A model generated the notes under the pieces. It was not told where the DNA came from and ran no database searches. It saw nothing but the letters and a program-made list of their open reading frames with translations. Below are positions 36,161 to 49,755 of a DNA stretch of 64,000 nucleotides, piece after piece; the stretch's first letter is position 1, and each line of letters opens with the position of its first letter. The position numbers were made by a program, and so were the translations under genes. The DNA is from Patellaria atrata CBS 101060 (Eukaryota). The DNA is taken from NCBI GenBank assembly GCA_010093705.1, contig MU006099.1, forward strand, positions 310,001 through 374,000, given 5' to 3'.

Positions 36161-37585
36161 TTACACCGTCTCAACGTAGTTGCTACTATCCGTTAGTTTC
36201 AAATTTGGGGGTCAATTTAGAGATTACTGACCTTGGAAAGATCCCTTCTCTATCACCAATTCTTCCCGTCCACCAATCCGTCTCATTATCAGTTCTCTTT
36301 AGGATAGTAATTATCTCGCCCTTCTTGAAGCCTAAGTCGCCAGGTTGATCTGGGTCGAATGTGAATTTAGCAATCGCTTGGTCCGGTCCCAATGACGCCT
36401 TCTTTGCACCAAAAACAGGTTTGGGTGCTGTCGGTCGACTGGGTTTAGGTTTGTCACTATAAGAATAATCGTCGTCAAATCTAGAGGACGCTGTGTTTGA
36501 CCTCGTTCTTCGCTCTAGACTATCAAATGTCTCATTTGGATTTGCACGGGTGCTGAAAGACCGGTTGATACCGCCTGTATTGGATGGAGTGCGGTCGTAG
36601 ACATCATCTGCCCATGTGCTCGCTCTCGATGGTTTATCACGGTATTGATAATCGTCGTCCCCTGCATGAGAGCCGGTTCTGTCTGTTCGCACGCCCTCGC
36701 CGTATGCTGAGCCACTTCGTCCCTGCCAGACAACATTGTCATGAGAGTCGTCATAGACAGGAATATCGTTGTACATCCCATCTGTGCCAGCCATGCCGTT
36801 GGGGACTCCAGCAAAAACGCGAGAATTGAGAACTCTCATCAGAGGTTCAGCTGCGGGCGGGACTGGAACTTGACCTTCCAGTAGTGCCCGTGCAGTGACT
36901 CGTCTGTTGTATAGCTTCTCGTTTGCGTCCCTGCGCTCAACTAGAATACTGCCTTCCAGTGAGACACCCGCGAATAGGCCTTTTGTCTTGGAATATGCAA
37001 ATATGCCCGACACGCTCTTCAAACTAGCCGCACCGGCAGCTTCCGCGTTCCGTCCCACGGGTCCTGCTGCAATTGAAACATTGCCACCTAGTGTAATCGA
37101 TCCCACTTGTGCGAATGTCTTGACTGCCTGAGCGTCATTGAGGATGAAGACAAAATCCGTAAGCTCAAAACCTATTTGGCCACCAAATCCACCACCAACT
37201 GTTCCGATGGCGGAGGGAGCTGACCACGAACCATCGGAGAGACGAGCAACAACGACACCGGAACCGAATCGTGCAGAGCCTAGGAAACCGGCCTTGAAGA
37301 CAGTAATGATTGCTAGACCCTAGGTGTGGATGAGTGATTGTCCTTACTAGATTGTTGCAAGGTGTGTATATCGTACCTTTGCTCTAGCAAGAACCTGGGG
37401 AGGAATGATTTTATCAGGACCGAAAGCCTGTCTCGGATCAACAAATGAAGCCAATATCTTGCCCGTCTTCCTGCATTCACCTGTACGATGAAGAAGAAAT
37501 TAGCTAGCGTCATAGTGGGGGTTGATGCATGGTCAGACTCACTTCGCATGGAAGCCGGGAGAGGGTTGTTGATTCCTAGAGGCAT
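36161..37585 (-). CDS. YSC84: Ysc84/Lsb3 SYLF + SH3 domain protein
   Basis: MPLGINNPLP, KAGFLGSARFGSGVVVARL, GGQIGFELTDFVFILN, SKTKGLFAGVSLEG and a C-terminal SH3 (DLGFKKGE..WWTG..GIFP|SNYV). Three introns. Confidence 0.92.
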
Positions 37586-38539
37586 CGTGAAGCTGTGAAA
37601 GTGTGTTTGTTAGAGATAGTAATGGAATAGGTAGCAATGTCACTCAGGAAAGAATATGAAGATAGTATAATAAAGTACCATTCCCTATGGATCGGCGGAT
37701 TGAGTCAGCAGGAAGCTTTCCGTTCCCCGTCAGACCGGCGTATGGCGGGGTGGCTAAGGGCAGTGAACTCAACATGGTGACGACGACTGACTTATGACCA
37801 CTGTGGCGCAACGTTTTAAATACTCAGTCTGAAGTGAAGTGGCGAATATCATCACATGGTACATTTGTATGAGTATGTCGTTTAGCCTTTTGGGCGCAGT
37901 TGTTACAGTTGTAGTAAGAATTCATATACATGGCTATCTAAAAATCTCGGGATATTTTGCTGTTATGAGGGTTTGCACTGCTTGTACGACCGGGCCAATA
38001 ACAATCTGATTCCATTTTAACCCATCTGATGCCAAATTGTACGGTGGTAGGTTTGTCAAAGGCTAATAAGGCACCGTAGCGGCCATTCTCGTCCGAAATA
38101 AGTTCCCATCTGGTGGAGTTAGGCCTTGCTGATGCAGCAGTGAGATCCTCCACAAACCCGCCATCATTACATGGGAAAGCTGTGTATTTCGAAAGGTCGT
38201 CTAAAAGGCATTCCTAGCTTTCACGAGCTCAATTCCTGAAGACGACGCTTGGTGTGCTTTTCAGCTTAAAAGTGATAGCTACGCGATGCAGCATCAACAG
38301 TCAAAAACGTCAACCCGAAATCCCCAGATTATGTCAGCGGGCATGAGCCGACGCCGAGACCTTGACATCAGCCTTCAGGAACCGCCTTTCAACATATCAA
38401 GACCACAACCTATCCTCTCACGACTCTCGCCACCACCTAAACCTTTCACCTCGAAGATACTCATAAAGCCTTTATCCAATCTAAGCGTCAATATACCTCC
38501 CATCCCTAAACGTCTTTAAAACCCCCTCCAGCCGCCACG

Positions 38540-38899
38540 ATGTCAGAAGCCTACGAGCGTGAAAGGTAACTCCACCCTCCTCCATACCTACAAATTAAGT
38601 CCCCTAACCCTACCCCTCCCCCCCACAGACAAAACAACTCCCGCCTTGATGAGCTGGCGTCCAAAGTCTCCGCCCTGCGCGGGGTTACAGTCGACATCTA
38701 CGACAACGCACGGGACCAGGACGTAATCGATAACAGCACCGACCTCTTCTACAACATGTCTTCATCCTTGAAAGGGAGCGCATCGCGCATAACCCGGATG
38801 GCGCGGAGCGGCGACAAAGTCGCGGTGTTCAAGCTTGCCGCTATCATAAGTGGTGTTGTTGTGCTTTTGTGGTTGATTTGGGGATGGATTGCTGGTTAG
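38540..38899 (+). CDS. SFT1: Golgi Qc-SNARE, Sft1/Bet1 family
   Basis: Missing from the ORF track. Spliced over an intron at about 38566-38628 it reads MSEAYERERQNNSRLDELASKVSALRGVTVDIYDNARDQ..SASRITRMARSG followed by a C-terminal TM helix. Confidence 0.85.
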
Positions 38900-39342
38900 A
38901 GCAATATGCCAGTGCTTTGGGGATATACGAAAGTGCAAGAGAGACATAGAGATGGAAAGAATGGAGGGCAGGGTTAGAGTGACTGTTCTACGAGCGTTTG
39001 GGAAAGCTGTAGTATTTCTGCAATTCGCACGGTAAGGAAGAGGACAGGAATAGTCTGTAGTCTAAGCGAGGGGACGGAAACCAGACGGAGGTGTGCGCTG
39101 TACACTACACACATCCTTTTGTATTGATATGGGACTTTAGTCACATTCCAGGCGTTTGGATACAAGCATAGCAGCACAAGGACACGGCGTCAGGTGGTCT
39201 CACGAGGAGTCCTCTCAATTTTGAACATTTTAGATATCTATATGCAAATCATACCCATCAATCAATCGTGAGTCTCATAAGCCAATACCTACTCCAGTAG
39301 TACATGACTCCGTAAACCCTCATTAACATCTACATGCTCGAC

Positions 39343-41349
39343 TCACTGCCAAACATTCGAAAACAGATCATCGCCACCGAACCCTCCGGTCGGTTTCGGC
39401 AGTTGCTGGCTCTGAGTTTGACCCTGTAAATGACTTTGTTGCAACTTTGGGCTTTGCATGCTCGGCGCGCTACTCCAACCCCCAAAATCATCGTCTGCGG
39501 TGATCGTAGGTGCGGCCGTGGTGTTCGTACTACTGCCCCAGCCACCGAAATCATTAGATAACGAAGTTGTAGCTGGAGTCTTAACGGCCGCTGGAGACTT
39601 CATCGCCGTTGATGTCGTAACTGTGGACGTGCTGTCACTCCAGGCATTGCTTGATCCCCAGGGGTCCATATTGGAGAAACCAGAGTAATTTGGTACTGTG
39701 GAGGTAGGGGGAGGGCTGACTTGGGATGATACAGACGTTGTTGTAGGGCTGGAGAGATGGAATGCTGAATTCATTGTGGTGGGGGACTTGAATGCGGGTT
39801 CTGTAGGTTTTGATGGAGCTGATAGGTCAAAGAGATCGTTCATGCCACTGCTGGTTGTTGCGGCTGATTTGGGTAGGACGGTCGATTGCGGAGAAGTTAG
39901 GGAAGCAAAATCACCAAAACCGCTAGACGAGCCGAAATTTGATTGGTTATGCGCGGCTGATTGTGGAGCCGGTGGAATCTTTGGTGCCGGATCGAAAAAC
40001 CCTCCACCACTGCCGAACGTGGACACAGTGCTCGATTTCGGCTGTGAGGGTGGAGAACGAGGACTCACTAAACTAGCGAAAGGGGACGGTTTGGTTTGTT
40101 GTTGTGCTGGAGAAGATGTAAGGTCCAAGCCCCCAAATGCATCATTCATGGTTGCAAAGGCTGATTTAGGTTGCTGCGGCTCCGGAGATTGCAAAGCACT
40201 AAACGATCCACTATGAGAGTGTTGCACAGCCGACGCAGATTTGGGTGCAGACGCATAGAGAGATAGAATACTCTGTTTGAGGTCTGGTCTCGACGCCGTA
40301 GACGTGTTTGTTGTGAGGGTATTTGATGTAGTGTTGGGCCGCGCCGAAGTCCCGGATGGTGGCCCTCCGAAGAAATCGAGGCCCAGTAAAGAGTCGGCTG
40401 GCTTTGTCTGTTTTGGAGGTGCCACTTCAGATTTCAAGGGAGGGGGTTGACTTAAGGAAGGGCCTGTGGTGTTTGGGCGCTGTGGAGCTGGTAATGGATC
40501 GTCACCAAATAAATCTATGTTCGGTGCCTTCGTGGAAGGAGCGGGGATAGGTCGACTTGTCGAGGCGGAAGCTCTCTGGGAGGTTGATCTCTCTAGTTTA
40601 GCCTTCTCTTGAACAACATTCAAGGGCTGATAAGAAATATATTAGCAAAAGTTCGAAGCACAGGTGGTCCAACCTACAACATCATCGTCCCCTTCAGCAT
40701 CTAGAGTAGCAGGATCGGGCATTGGGCCGTCCATAACCCAGCGTTTAGAGTCATACTTTGTCCTTATAAAGTTTTCGATCTTCCTATTACAGATATTTAG
40801 CTGAAAAGCACTGAGTACATGCAGGGGCACGCGACTTACGCTTCTGCAGGAACGTGGCCCGGCGCAAGTTTCGCTTCCCAATATCTAGGACAATCAGTAC
40901 CTATTCCCGAGATCTTTGAAGTATAGAACTCAAACTGACTTATTTGCTCTTGAATTACCCCACCGTAGCATACTTTGTAGTTGTTCATCCGTCCATGAAT
41001 CCAGATCTACTGATTTGACCCGACTAATGTGTGTACCCATTCCTCGATGTATGCCCGAACACCTTTAGTATATTAGTGTGTTGTTCGTATGTCTCCAATA
41101 AAGGGAACAAGATCGTGAGCACATACCTTATACATACGAATATACCCAAATTCCAACTGGCCCATCGTGGATCTGTGATCACGAAGTAAGAAGTCGCCCT
41201 CTGGTGAAGTATACAGGTTCCTTGGTCAACTTACGCTTGTTACGCTTGCAGTCGGCGCAGCTCTTGTTACTCTCTAACTTGACAAGTGTTTTGAGGGTCT
41301 GTTGGTTTTGTGCAGCGCGATCGGCTGCTGGATTTGGACGTCTCGACAT
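39343..41349 (-). CDS. AGE2: ArfGAP domain protein (Age2/SMAP-like)
   Basis: [58 protein letters not shown], then a low-complexity tail ending DDLFSNVWQ. Several introns. Confidence 0.88.
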
Positions 41350-42953
41350 GGTAGTCAACGGGGTTGGGAAGTGTACAAAGGGGAGTGTACGGAGAGATTT
41401 GGATAGGAGGTACTAAATTAAAAAGATGGGTACCTTGTACTCCAGGAGGTTCGTAGTTAAAATGGTGAGAAAGAAGTTTCAATTGTCATGTATGTACACC
41501 TCAGGGCACCTTCCAGATATTGAGGGTGCAGCCACACAATGAACGTTTATGTTGTGGCTTGGCATACGCTTCCGCCACCTCCTCAAGAACGGGCACCTTA
41601 AGCTGAAAGAACCTTCAGTGGAGATCCCTAATCGACGTCTATAACTGGACAAGAAAGAACTTTCGGAGGAGACTATTCCTCTACCTAAAATGTCTTGGCT
41701 TCTCTTTCTTGTTGATAGTAGTGATCGTGTTCGTCCCTTTATCTAATACTCTAAAGCCCAAAACGGTTCCTTGGGGCTTCCAACCAAAGTGCTAGGCAAG
41801 GTAAGGTAAATATAATAAGACTATTGATATTGAAAAGTCATCAGAGTATAATCTTCGACCTTATTATGCATCTATCTAGCGGAGTCACTTGAATTATAAA
41901 GGAGGCTTTCGCCCTGTGAGGTAATAAGAGTCCTTTTTATGGCATGGCTCTACTCTTCTCAGCGGAATTGCTAGCAATTCTACCTTAATACTATCCAACT
42001 ACCAGGTTCCAAGCATCTCGTAAGTTCTTCAATGGCCAGCAAAGCAGAATCGCGATGGTTCTTAGAAGTATGGTGCTATGGTTTCGTACAAAATGGCTCT
42101 GCAAGCTCTCTACTACTTTTTGCTATGCAACTCCTCGTAGGGTCGCATCGCGAGATTACTACCTCTTGAAAGTGACACCGTTACTAGTCTTTACGTCATA
42201 AGAATAACTCTTTGTACATATTCCCTACACTGAGCGGTATTTGGTGGGAAATAAGTTAGAACAAGAGCGTCTTGGCATAACGGAGCGTTGCAGGAGTGCG
42301 GCTGCGGAAGTAAAGCAATGTAGGCGGCAGGAATTAATGAAAAGAGTGGGAGGTCTTGGAAAAGTATGTCAGAACATGAGAGTCTTCGCGTAGAGAAGCG
42401 CATCAGAAGTGCGGTTGAGGAAATCACCCAACATAGAGGGTTCATCAGGATATGCCCGACGAAAAAAATCGAGAAATTGAGCAAATATAAGAAGTCCAGG
42501 GAAGAAATGATGTCCAGGAAAGAGAAGTAGTCGGGGAAAGAAAAGAAGGAGGTTGGACCAGGAAGACGAACGAATATTTGACTTGAATAGTCTCGAATAC
42601 GAGTTGAAGAGAAGTCAATGAGTTGATAGAATCTCACTATTCTTACCACTGAAGCGACTCTTACACCCCTTAGGCGATAGGTTTGCGTAGCATGTTTTCT
42701 CCCTGGAAGTGAGGACGGCTGTGCAAACCTTGCATGTCTTGATGGTAGAATCGCTAAAATCGACAAGATCTGAGAAGTTGGCATATTACGAAAGGATAAA
42801 ACAATTTCGGATACTTACAATAGATTTCTTAAACTTTTCCACCGACCAAATACGGTGAGTTAGCAAATTAGAGGATGTCTACGGCCATTCGTAATCCTGT
42901 CCCGCCTGTAACGCCTTACACCATGCTGATAATGTGACAAAATTGACTCTGAA

Positions 42954-43908
42954 CTACCACCTGCTATAGCCTCCTCCTCTCCCTCTGAATCCACCCCTTC
43001 CATACCCTCCTCCACCTCTATAACCTCCTCTGCCATAACCACCACGATCCCCTAAACCATCATGATCACCTCTCGGGCCAGTGGGACCTCCGAATTCACC
43101 GCTCTCCTGTCTAGATTGTGGCGGTTTGCCTTTGAGCTCTTTCTGTAGCGTCTCATACGTTTTCCGCATTTGCGCATAGCCTAGATGCATCTTGCCATAG
43201 AAGTGGTCCGCGAGCCGTCGATCATTATCCAAGCGGGAGAGGTAGGCTCCGCACACATCGCAAACCTGTAACTTTTGATGTCCCGACGGACCTGAGGTAT
43301 CTGAGAGAGCTTTGAGTTCGCGCTCGCGGTCCTCCTTCTGGGATTTGGCTTGCTTGAGTTTAAAGAAGTCGGCGTATGCGATGTTGACTGAACCTATGGT
43401 GGCTAAGGTCTCGATTTCAAGAACCTGTGTTTGTATTGAGGCGGTGAGGTCTGCAATTTGCTTTAGTAGCGAATTCGTCTGCTGTATCTCCTCTGGTGTC
43501 TTCTCTAGCCGTCTCTGTGCGCTGTCAATCCTCCTGTTGCACTCATCCACATACTTTTGCATATCGCGTAGGTAGTCGTATTCGAAAGCCCAGCGCTTCT
43601 TTTGATCCACGTCTGCGGTTTCATATTCGTTCTTGAGAGCTTCATTATGGACCTTAGAGCAAGGGCCAATATCTTGCTTGGTATTTGTGAAGAGATCGTG
43701 TGGACAAGTGCCCACGAGATAACTGCGGCAAACCTTTGGATCCGTAATAGATAATTGAGGGGCTCGGGTTCCTGGGCCGGACATGAGTTGTTCGCCCATC
43801 AGCTGCTCTGCATTCTATTAGCAATCAATGATCAGGTATTGATGCGACACGGGCGCAAGCAACTGAGGAATTAGATGTACCTAACAGCTTCCTCTGTTCT
43901 GCCGCCAT
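42954..43908 (-). CDS. LUC7: U1 snRNP component Luc7
   Basis: MAAEQRKLL|EQLMG, VCRSYLVGTCPHDLFTNTK, LQVCDVCGAYLSRLDNDRRLADHFYGKMH and an RGG tail. Confidence 0.95.
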
Positions 43909-44112
43909 GATGATCTAACTATTTCCAAAGTCCAATCTATGAAAGATGCTAGATAGATGTTGTTGACAAGGTTGAGATGGAAGGCAGAAGATTTGAAGAA
44001 AGTTCGCGCGGCGGGATCGCGTCGACGTTTGACGACCTCCACATGTCTTCACTAAAAGCTGTGGGATTGTAGGCTTCGAACAGATCACTGCAGCTCGGGC
44101 TGAAAAGCTGTC

Positions 44113-46044
44113 ATGCTGTCCAAAGTACTTTCAATCTTTCTTTCAATTTTCTTCTACTTTACTTGCATAGCATTAGGATCTGATTACCACGAACGTCTTC
44201 TCCTCCGACCACTCCCCCAATCCGCCCTCCTCGCCTCCTTCAACTTCCGCAGCAACACCTCTGCCACTTCGTTTGAACAGCAACACTTCAGATACTTCCC
44301 TCGCTCTTTAGGACAAATATTACAGCATGCAGGTACCAAAGAATTACACCTAAGGTTCAGTCTAGGGAGGTGGGATGCAGAAAATTGGGGCGCAAGACCG
44401 TGGGATGGTGCAAGAGAAGGGGGAACAGGCGTAGAACTTTGGGCATGGGTGGAAGCCGAATCAAATGAGGAAGCTAATTCGAGATGGCTTACTCTCACGA
44501 ACGCATTGTCGGGCTTGTTCTGCGCTTCTCTAAACTTCATTGATGCTACGAAGACCATACGGCCGGTTATGACTTTTCAACCTGAGGGACACCATCCCAA
44601 CTCTACGACCGATAACCTACATCTACTCCATGGGACGTTACCGCATGAAGTTGTGTGCACGGAGAATCTTACTCCGTTTCTGAAGTTGTTGCCTTGTAAG
44701 GGGAAGGCTGGAATTTCGAGTCTGCTAGATGGGCACAAGCTGTTCGATGCGTCGTGGCAGAGCATGGCCATTGACGTGAGACCACTATGTGAAGTGGATG
44801 GATCTGGATGTATTCTAGAGATAGAGCAAACTGTCGACATGGTTCTTGATATTGACAGGTCAAAGAGACCGAGGGGTTAGTGTTACCATGCCGAACTGCC
44901 ATCATGTTACTAAACCATCATAGACAACCCAATTCCGCGCCCCATCAAGCCGACAGATCTTGAATGTGATGCCTCCAAACCGTACCATGCACACGACTCA
45001 TGCTATCCTCTAGACAAAAAAGCAGAAGTAGCTTGGAACCTCAAAGACGTCTTCGGCCGACCCATCAAAGGATCATGCCCTATCACGGCAGATCGCGGCC
45101 CCGACTCCGAAACCGTCTGCATCAACGTAGCCCCCGAGCGCGAGGTACAAATCCAGACATCCGGTGGCTGGACCGAAAGTAAATCAGAAGACGGCTTTGT
45201 ACGATGCTACAGAATCTTCGGTACACTCCCCCTTTACCCCTATTCAACAACATACCCATTAACAACCCCTCCAGGCGACAGCGACTTCGACCTCAACTTC
45301 CCCTCGCAGCTCGTAGACAAAACCGTCCCTCTCGCCCAACCCCGGCTCTACGCCGCACGCTCCATTAACGGCTACGGCCAGGAACGCGGCAGCGTCCAAG
45401 CTGTAATCACAAACCCATCCCCGGTCGACACCATCGACCTCATCTACCTCGAATCGCTCCCCTGGTTCATGAAACCATACATCCACACCCTCAAAGCCGC
45501 GATCCTCCCCTCCACCAACTCCACCCCCACCCCCCCAATAAAAGAAACATACTACCGCCCATCCCTCGACCGCCACCGCGGCACCCACCTCGAGCTCCTC
45601 CTCACCGTTCCCCCCGTCAGCAAAGTAATACTAACCTACGACTTCGAAAAGGCCATTCTACGCTACACGGAATACCCGCCCGACGCGAACCGCGGCTTCG
45701 ACGTCGCGCCCGCCGTCATCCGTCTCCTCTCCCCCCGTGCACCCCGGTTCCCGCATTCGACCCCTGAAGCCTTGAAGAGGGGGACCTACCTCCGCACCAC
45801 GTCCCTCCTCCTCCCCCTTCCTACCCCGGACTTCAGCATGCCGTACAACGTCATCATCCTCACGAGCACCGTCATGGCGCTCGGCTTCGGCAGCATCTTC
45901 AACCCGCTCGTGAGGCGGTTCGTCGGGGTCGAGGAGGTCGGGGCTGCGGGGTTGGCGGGCGCGGTTAGGTTGAGGGGGTTCTTGAGGGGAAGGGTTGAGA
46001 GGCTTAGGGCGAGGTTTGGGGGGAAGGGTGGGAAGGGCGAGTGA
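44113..46044 (+). CDS. GPI16: GPI transamidase component Gpi16 (PIG-T)
   Basis: Signal peptide, LSGLFCASLNF, EVVCTENLTPFLKLLPC, EYPPDANRGF, LPTPDFSMPYNVI. Two introns. Confidence 0.95.
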
Positions 46045-46462
46045 GTTGTGCGATGGTGTGGGGAGGATTGTGGAGTTAGTATAGTATATTACAGTATGAG
46101 AACAGAGATATATATGCTTGGCTTAGTACTGATATGGGCTATTTGAGTGTATTCTGCGCTTGTCTCCTGCCCGTTCCTTCCCGTCGTCGCGGTTGGACAT
46201 TCATCGTATGGTGTACCGTTGCTGTAAGCGCATGTATGTCTAACATGGCTCCTGTGGGCATCCTACGTTTACGCAGTTGAGGTGGTTATCTTAGTCCCGA
46301 CGGGTTATTTGATATAGACTAGTCAATTGGAATGGTGTGGTCGATCTGTATAGTATAGTCGTTAAGATGGTTAGGTCGTGAGAGAGTGTATAAGCATTCG
46401 GTTCGACTGGTCGTTCGGCATAGCAAAGTTCTTCAGCACAGATGAGTTAATCGCGGAATTTG

Positions 46463-46624
46463 GTAAGATTCTATAATGTGATCATATTATGCGGATTGGT
46501 AATTTTGTATAGTCTAGTTATTTTATCCTACCCAGTCATTTTATACTATCTAGTTATTTTATACTGTCTGGTCATTTTATACTGTCTAGTCATTTTGTAC
46601 TGTCTGGTCATTTTGTACTGTACA
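46463..46624. repeat. 18-bp minisatellite (about 9 units, consensus GTCATTTTRTACTGTCTR)
   Basis: Visible tandem units that degrade toward the left end. Confidence 0.85.
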
Positions 46625-46752
46625 GTTATATCATTCTATATGAATTGACCGTTCCGTATAATCTGATGTTTAATACAGATATTCTATGCTTGTGCGGTGG
46701 AGTCAGAGATGTACTGTACGGCAAGATGTTCGACTATATTGCTCTTGATAGT

Positions 46753-47178
46753 TGTAATACCCAACAACTCACCTATTGAACGATAATTCCGCCTGGAGGT
46801 ACCTACACAGCAGTAAATGCGTACATACAAGCCCCTTTTTTCTTACAGGCCATTCCAGGAGAAGATTTACGGACCGCACCTTTCTCAAGGCTCCCACAAG
46901 CACATCAATTACTTCTCCCGGACGTACAGTACGTGCGGCTCAAGAACTCCAAGCCTTCGATAGGCATAAGAGGACGTCCAAGAAGTATAGGATAGCTAAC
47001 TTAGTACCACAGTCATGGGACAGAGGAAGAAGGAATAGTCCCCAGCTTCGAGCTATAAGGGGGAACCGGAACACATTTCGGGGATGAATGGGAAGCTCTC
47101 GGGCAGGAACAGTGAATTCGAAAGATCGAGCTAGTTCTAGTTCTACTCAAAGAACACCTTACCATGGGTAGGGTGACA
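46753..47178 (+). mobile_element. Possible solo LTR
   Basis: TGTAA...GTGACA ends and an internal TATAAGGGGG. No matching target-site duplication found. Confidence 0.3.
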
Positions 47179-47195
47179 ATCAGCTCTCCCGTGCC

Positions 47196-47367
47196 GGAGC
47201 ATCAGGAGCATCAGGAACATCAGGAGCATCAGGAGCATCAGGAGCAGTGTAGTTGATAGTCAGGAGAGGGACATGAACGAAGATACTTATCTCGTACCAA
47301 TAACGGAGGTACCGGTATGACAGCAGGAGCTCTATCTCTCTCTCTCCCTCTCTCTTTCTCTCTCTCT
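47196..47367. repeat. 9-bp tandem repeat (GGAGCATCA, about 5 copies) and CT microsatellite
   Basis: Direct inspection of 47196-47246 and 47330-47367. Confidence 0.8.
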
Positions 47368-48176
47368 GCAAGTGAGATCTCGAACCATATTCCTTTTCCT
47401 GCAGGACTGCTGTTGGGTTTCTGACAGTACGTGCACGGTACAGTACAGTAGGAAGATCGCCTTTTCTCCGTACAGATGGCTCTGCGATCAATGTATAGTG
47501 TTGGTTTTATGGATTAGGGAAGTTCCCCCACACTCCGACTCCAGATGCCCCGCCGGGAACGATAGCCAAATCGGGGAATGCAATGCCGAGGAATTGACGG
47601 TGGAATTGATTTGAGCTGCTGCTGCTGTACTGTCAATGAGATGCTGTACCATCAATGAGATGCTGCTGCTGTGCCTCTCTCCGTCTTGCTGGAGTTTTTG
47701 GGTTTGATACGGTTGTGGATGCTGGATTGAGAGGGAACGCATTCGAGATTTGGAATTGGTGTTTCATCGATTGAGTTCAAGGCCAGCAACCAGAAAATGC
47801 ATGCTCACAGCTCATCACTCAGCAGAATGGGACAGTAGATTATTGGTGATTTGGAGGTATCTCGCACCTCGCGTCTTGTAGAAAATAATTCCCGAAGTGT
47901 GCATGTCTTAACCAATCAGCGGAGGTGTAATTAAAGGCCGAATTGAAGCTTATCCCTTATCCGAAAAGCGACAACGAAACACCTCAACAATCACTGTCAA
48001 CCTTCCATATCGCTTTGCCGATAATAACACCAACAACCGACCACCACCTCACCACCTCTCCAACATCCACGTACTCAAACAAACCCGCTTACTCTCGGAG
48101 CCGTACCCCTTCCATTCTTACCCTCGCTTCCTTCCCACCAAAGCTCTCCTCACACCCACACAAGAAGCCCATCACA

Positions 48177-48916
48177 ATGTCCAAGGAGCTCAGTTACTCA
48201 GACGTCTCCGAGCACAGCTCGAAGAAGGATTTATACGTCGTGATCCACGACAAGGTCTACAATGCGACGAGCTTCGTAGACGAGCATCCGTACGTGTCCA
48301 ACACCTCCATCCCTAATCTCCCTCATACCCCCTCTCCCGGCCCCCTTCCAAAAAAGAAAAAAAAAAAAAAAGGAAAAGAAAAGCCCCTGTGCGAACCTCG
48401 GTTCACACTCCACCCCGCAAACGCAGCCAACCCGACTGACATACCCATCCCTACAGCGGCGGCGAAGAAGTCCTCCTCGACGTAGGCGGCCAAGACGCAA
48501 CCGAAGCCTTCGAAGACGTCGGCCACAGCGACGAGGCGCGCGAGATCCTCGACGGCCTGCTCGTTGGCACCCTCAAGCGCGGTGTACATTCCCCCCTTCT
48601 GTTCCATCCACCCCGCTCCCCCCTACCTGCCGTCAGCTCCGCCATGCACATTCCACTCCCAACACCCCATACACCCCTGCATACCACCCCATCCACGTGC
48701 AGCTTATGTGGAAGTGATCAAGTGCTGACTATCCAACAGCCCGGCGACCCAAAGCCAAAGACCCAATCGTACCCCCCCTCACACTCCAATTCTTCGCAAG
48801 GAGATGCCGCCGGCTTTGGCATCGGTCTCTATGCTATCATCCTCGTGGGCGGCGCGCTGGCGTTCGGAGCGTATAAGTACCTGCAGGCGAACCAGGAGGG
48901 ACAGGTGAAGGTCTAA
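48177..48916 (+). CDS. CYB5: Cytochrome b5
   Basis: [67 protein letters not shown] followed by a C-terminal TM anchor. Two introns. Confidence 0.95.
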
Positions 48917-49755
48917 GTCTCTTCCGCGCTAACGGTATATTGGTGCATGAGTATATTCGATCTGGGATTTAGCAGGTTTGGTAATGCGACGATGGGACAG
49001 GGGCGGTGGTTGAGAGGAGGGAGGATCGGAGGTGAGGTGGTTGGGTCGTTGAAGGAGTGGAAAGGGTGAGGGTGTAAGGTAATGAGTTGGACTGGGAGCA
49101 TAGATGCCCTCGCGCCAGCTACTTCGTCTTGCCGTACAGATATTTGTGGCGTATTCGTTTGATCTCAATCGCACTCCTCCGTCATATCTCCTCACCATTC
49201 AATACTATGCCCTCTCATAGCACGGCTTCTGGGACACATGTGCATACTTTCCCAAATCAGTCTCCCCATCCTCGATCGTCTCACTCAGCACGTAACCTCA
49301 CTCACGATCGGGCTCAATTCGATTCAATCCAATGCAGTTTCACGGGTGCACGTCACCAAACACAAATCAGAAAAACCCATCCAACTCGAAAAACACAAAA
49401 ATGTAGATAAAGCAAACTATCCAACCTACAGCGAAGAGCGAAAAGTTTCCCAAATGAATACTGTGTGTGTCAAAAACGCCGGTCTATATGGGATGATATA
49501 CTGCAAATAGATGTCCAGCAAAAAGTTTCGCTTTCCCGACTTTCCACAAAAAACACCCGGAAAGACTTCCAACGGCAACAACTGATGAGCTCACAACCAC
49601 CGCAACTTCCCACCATCCACATCCGTGACCCACAACGACAAAAAGCGACACTGCAGATACACAAAAACGAAAGTAGCTAACCCCCTCCCCCTACCCCATC
49701 ACCCACGAAGAGACCCCCATTTTAGAAACGAAAGAGAAAAGAGAAAGAGAGACGC

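Noticed and set aside
42191..42784. 197-aa minus-strand ORF
   Set aside because: Phe/Leu/Ser-rich product typical of the antisense of a purine-rich tract; no recognisable motif.
46460..46648. Cys/Tyr-rich peptide ORF (LVILYC)n
   Set aside because: It is the translation of an 18-bp minisatellite from a non-ATG start.
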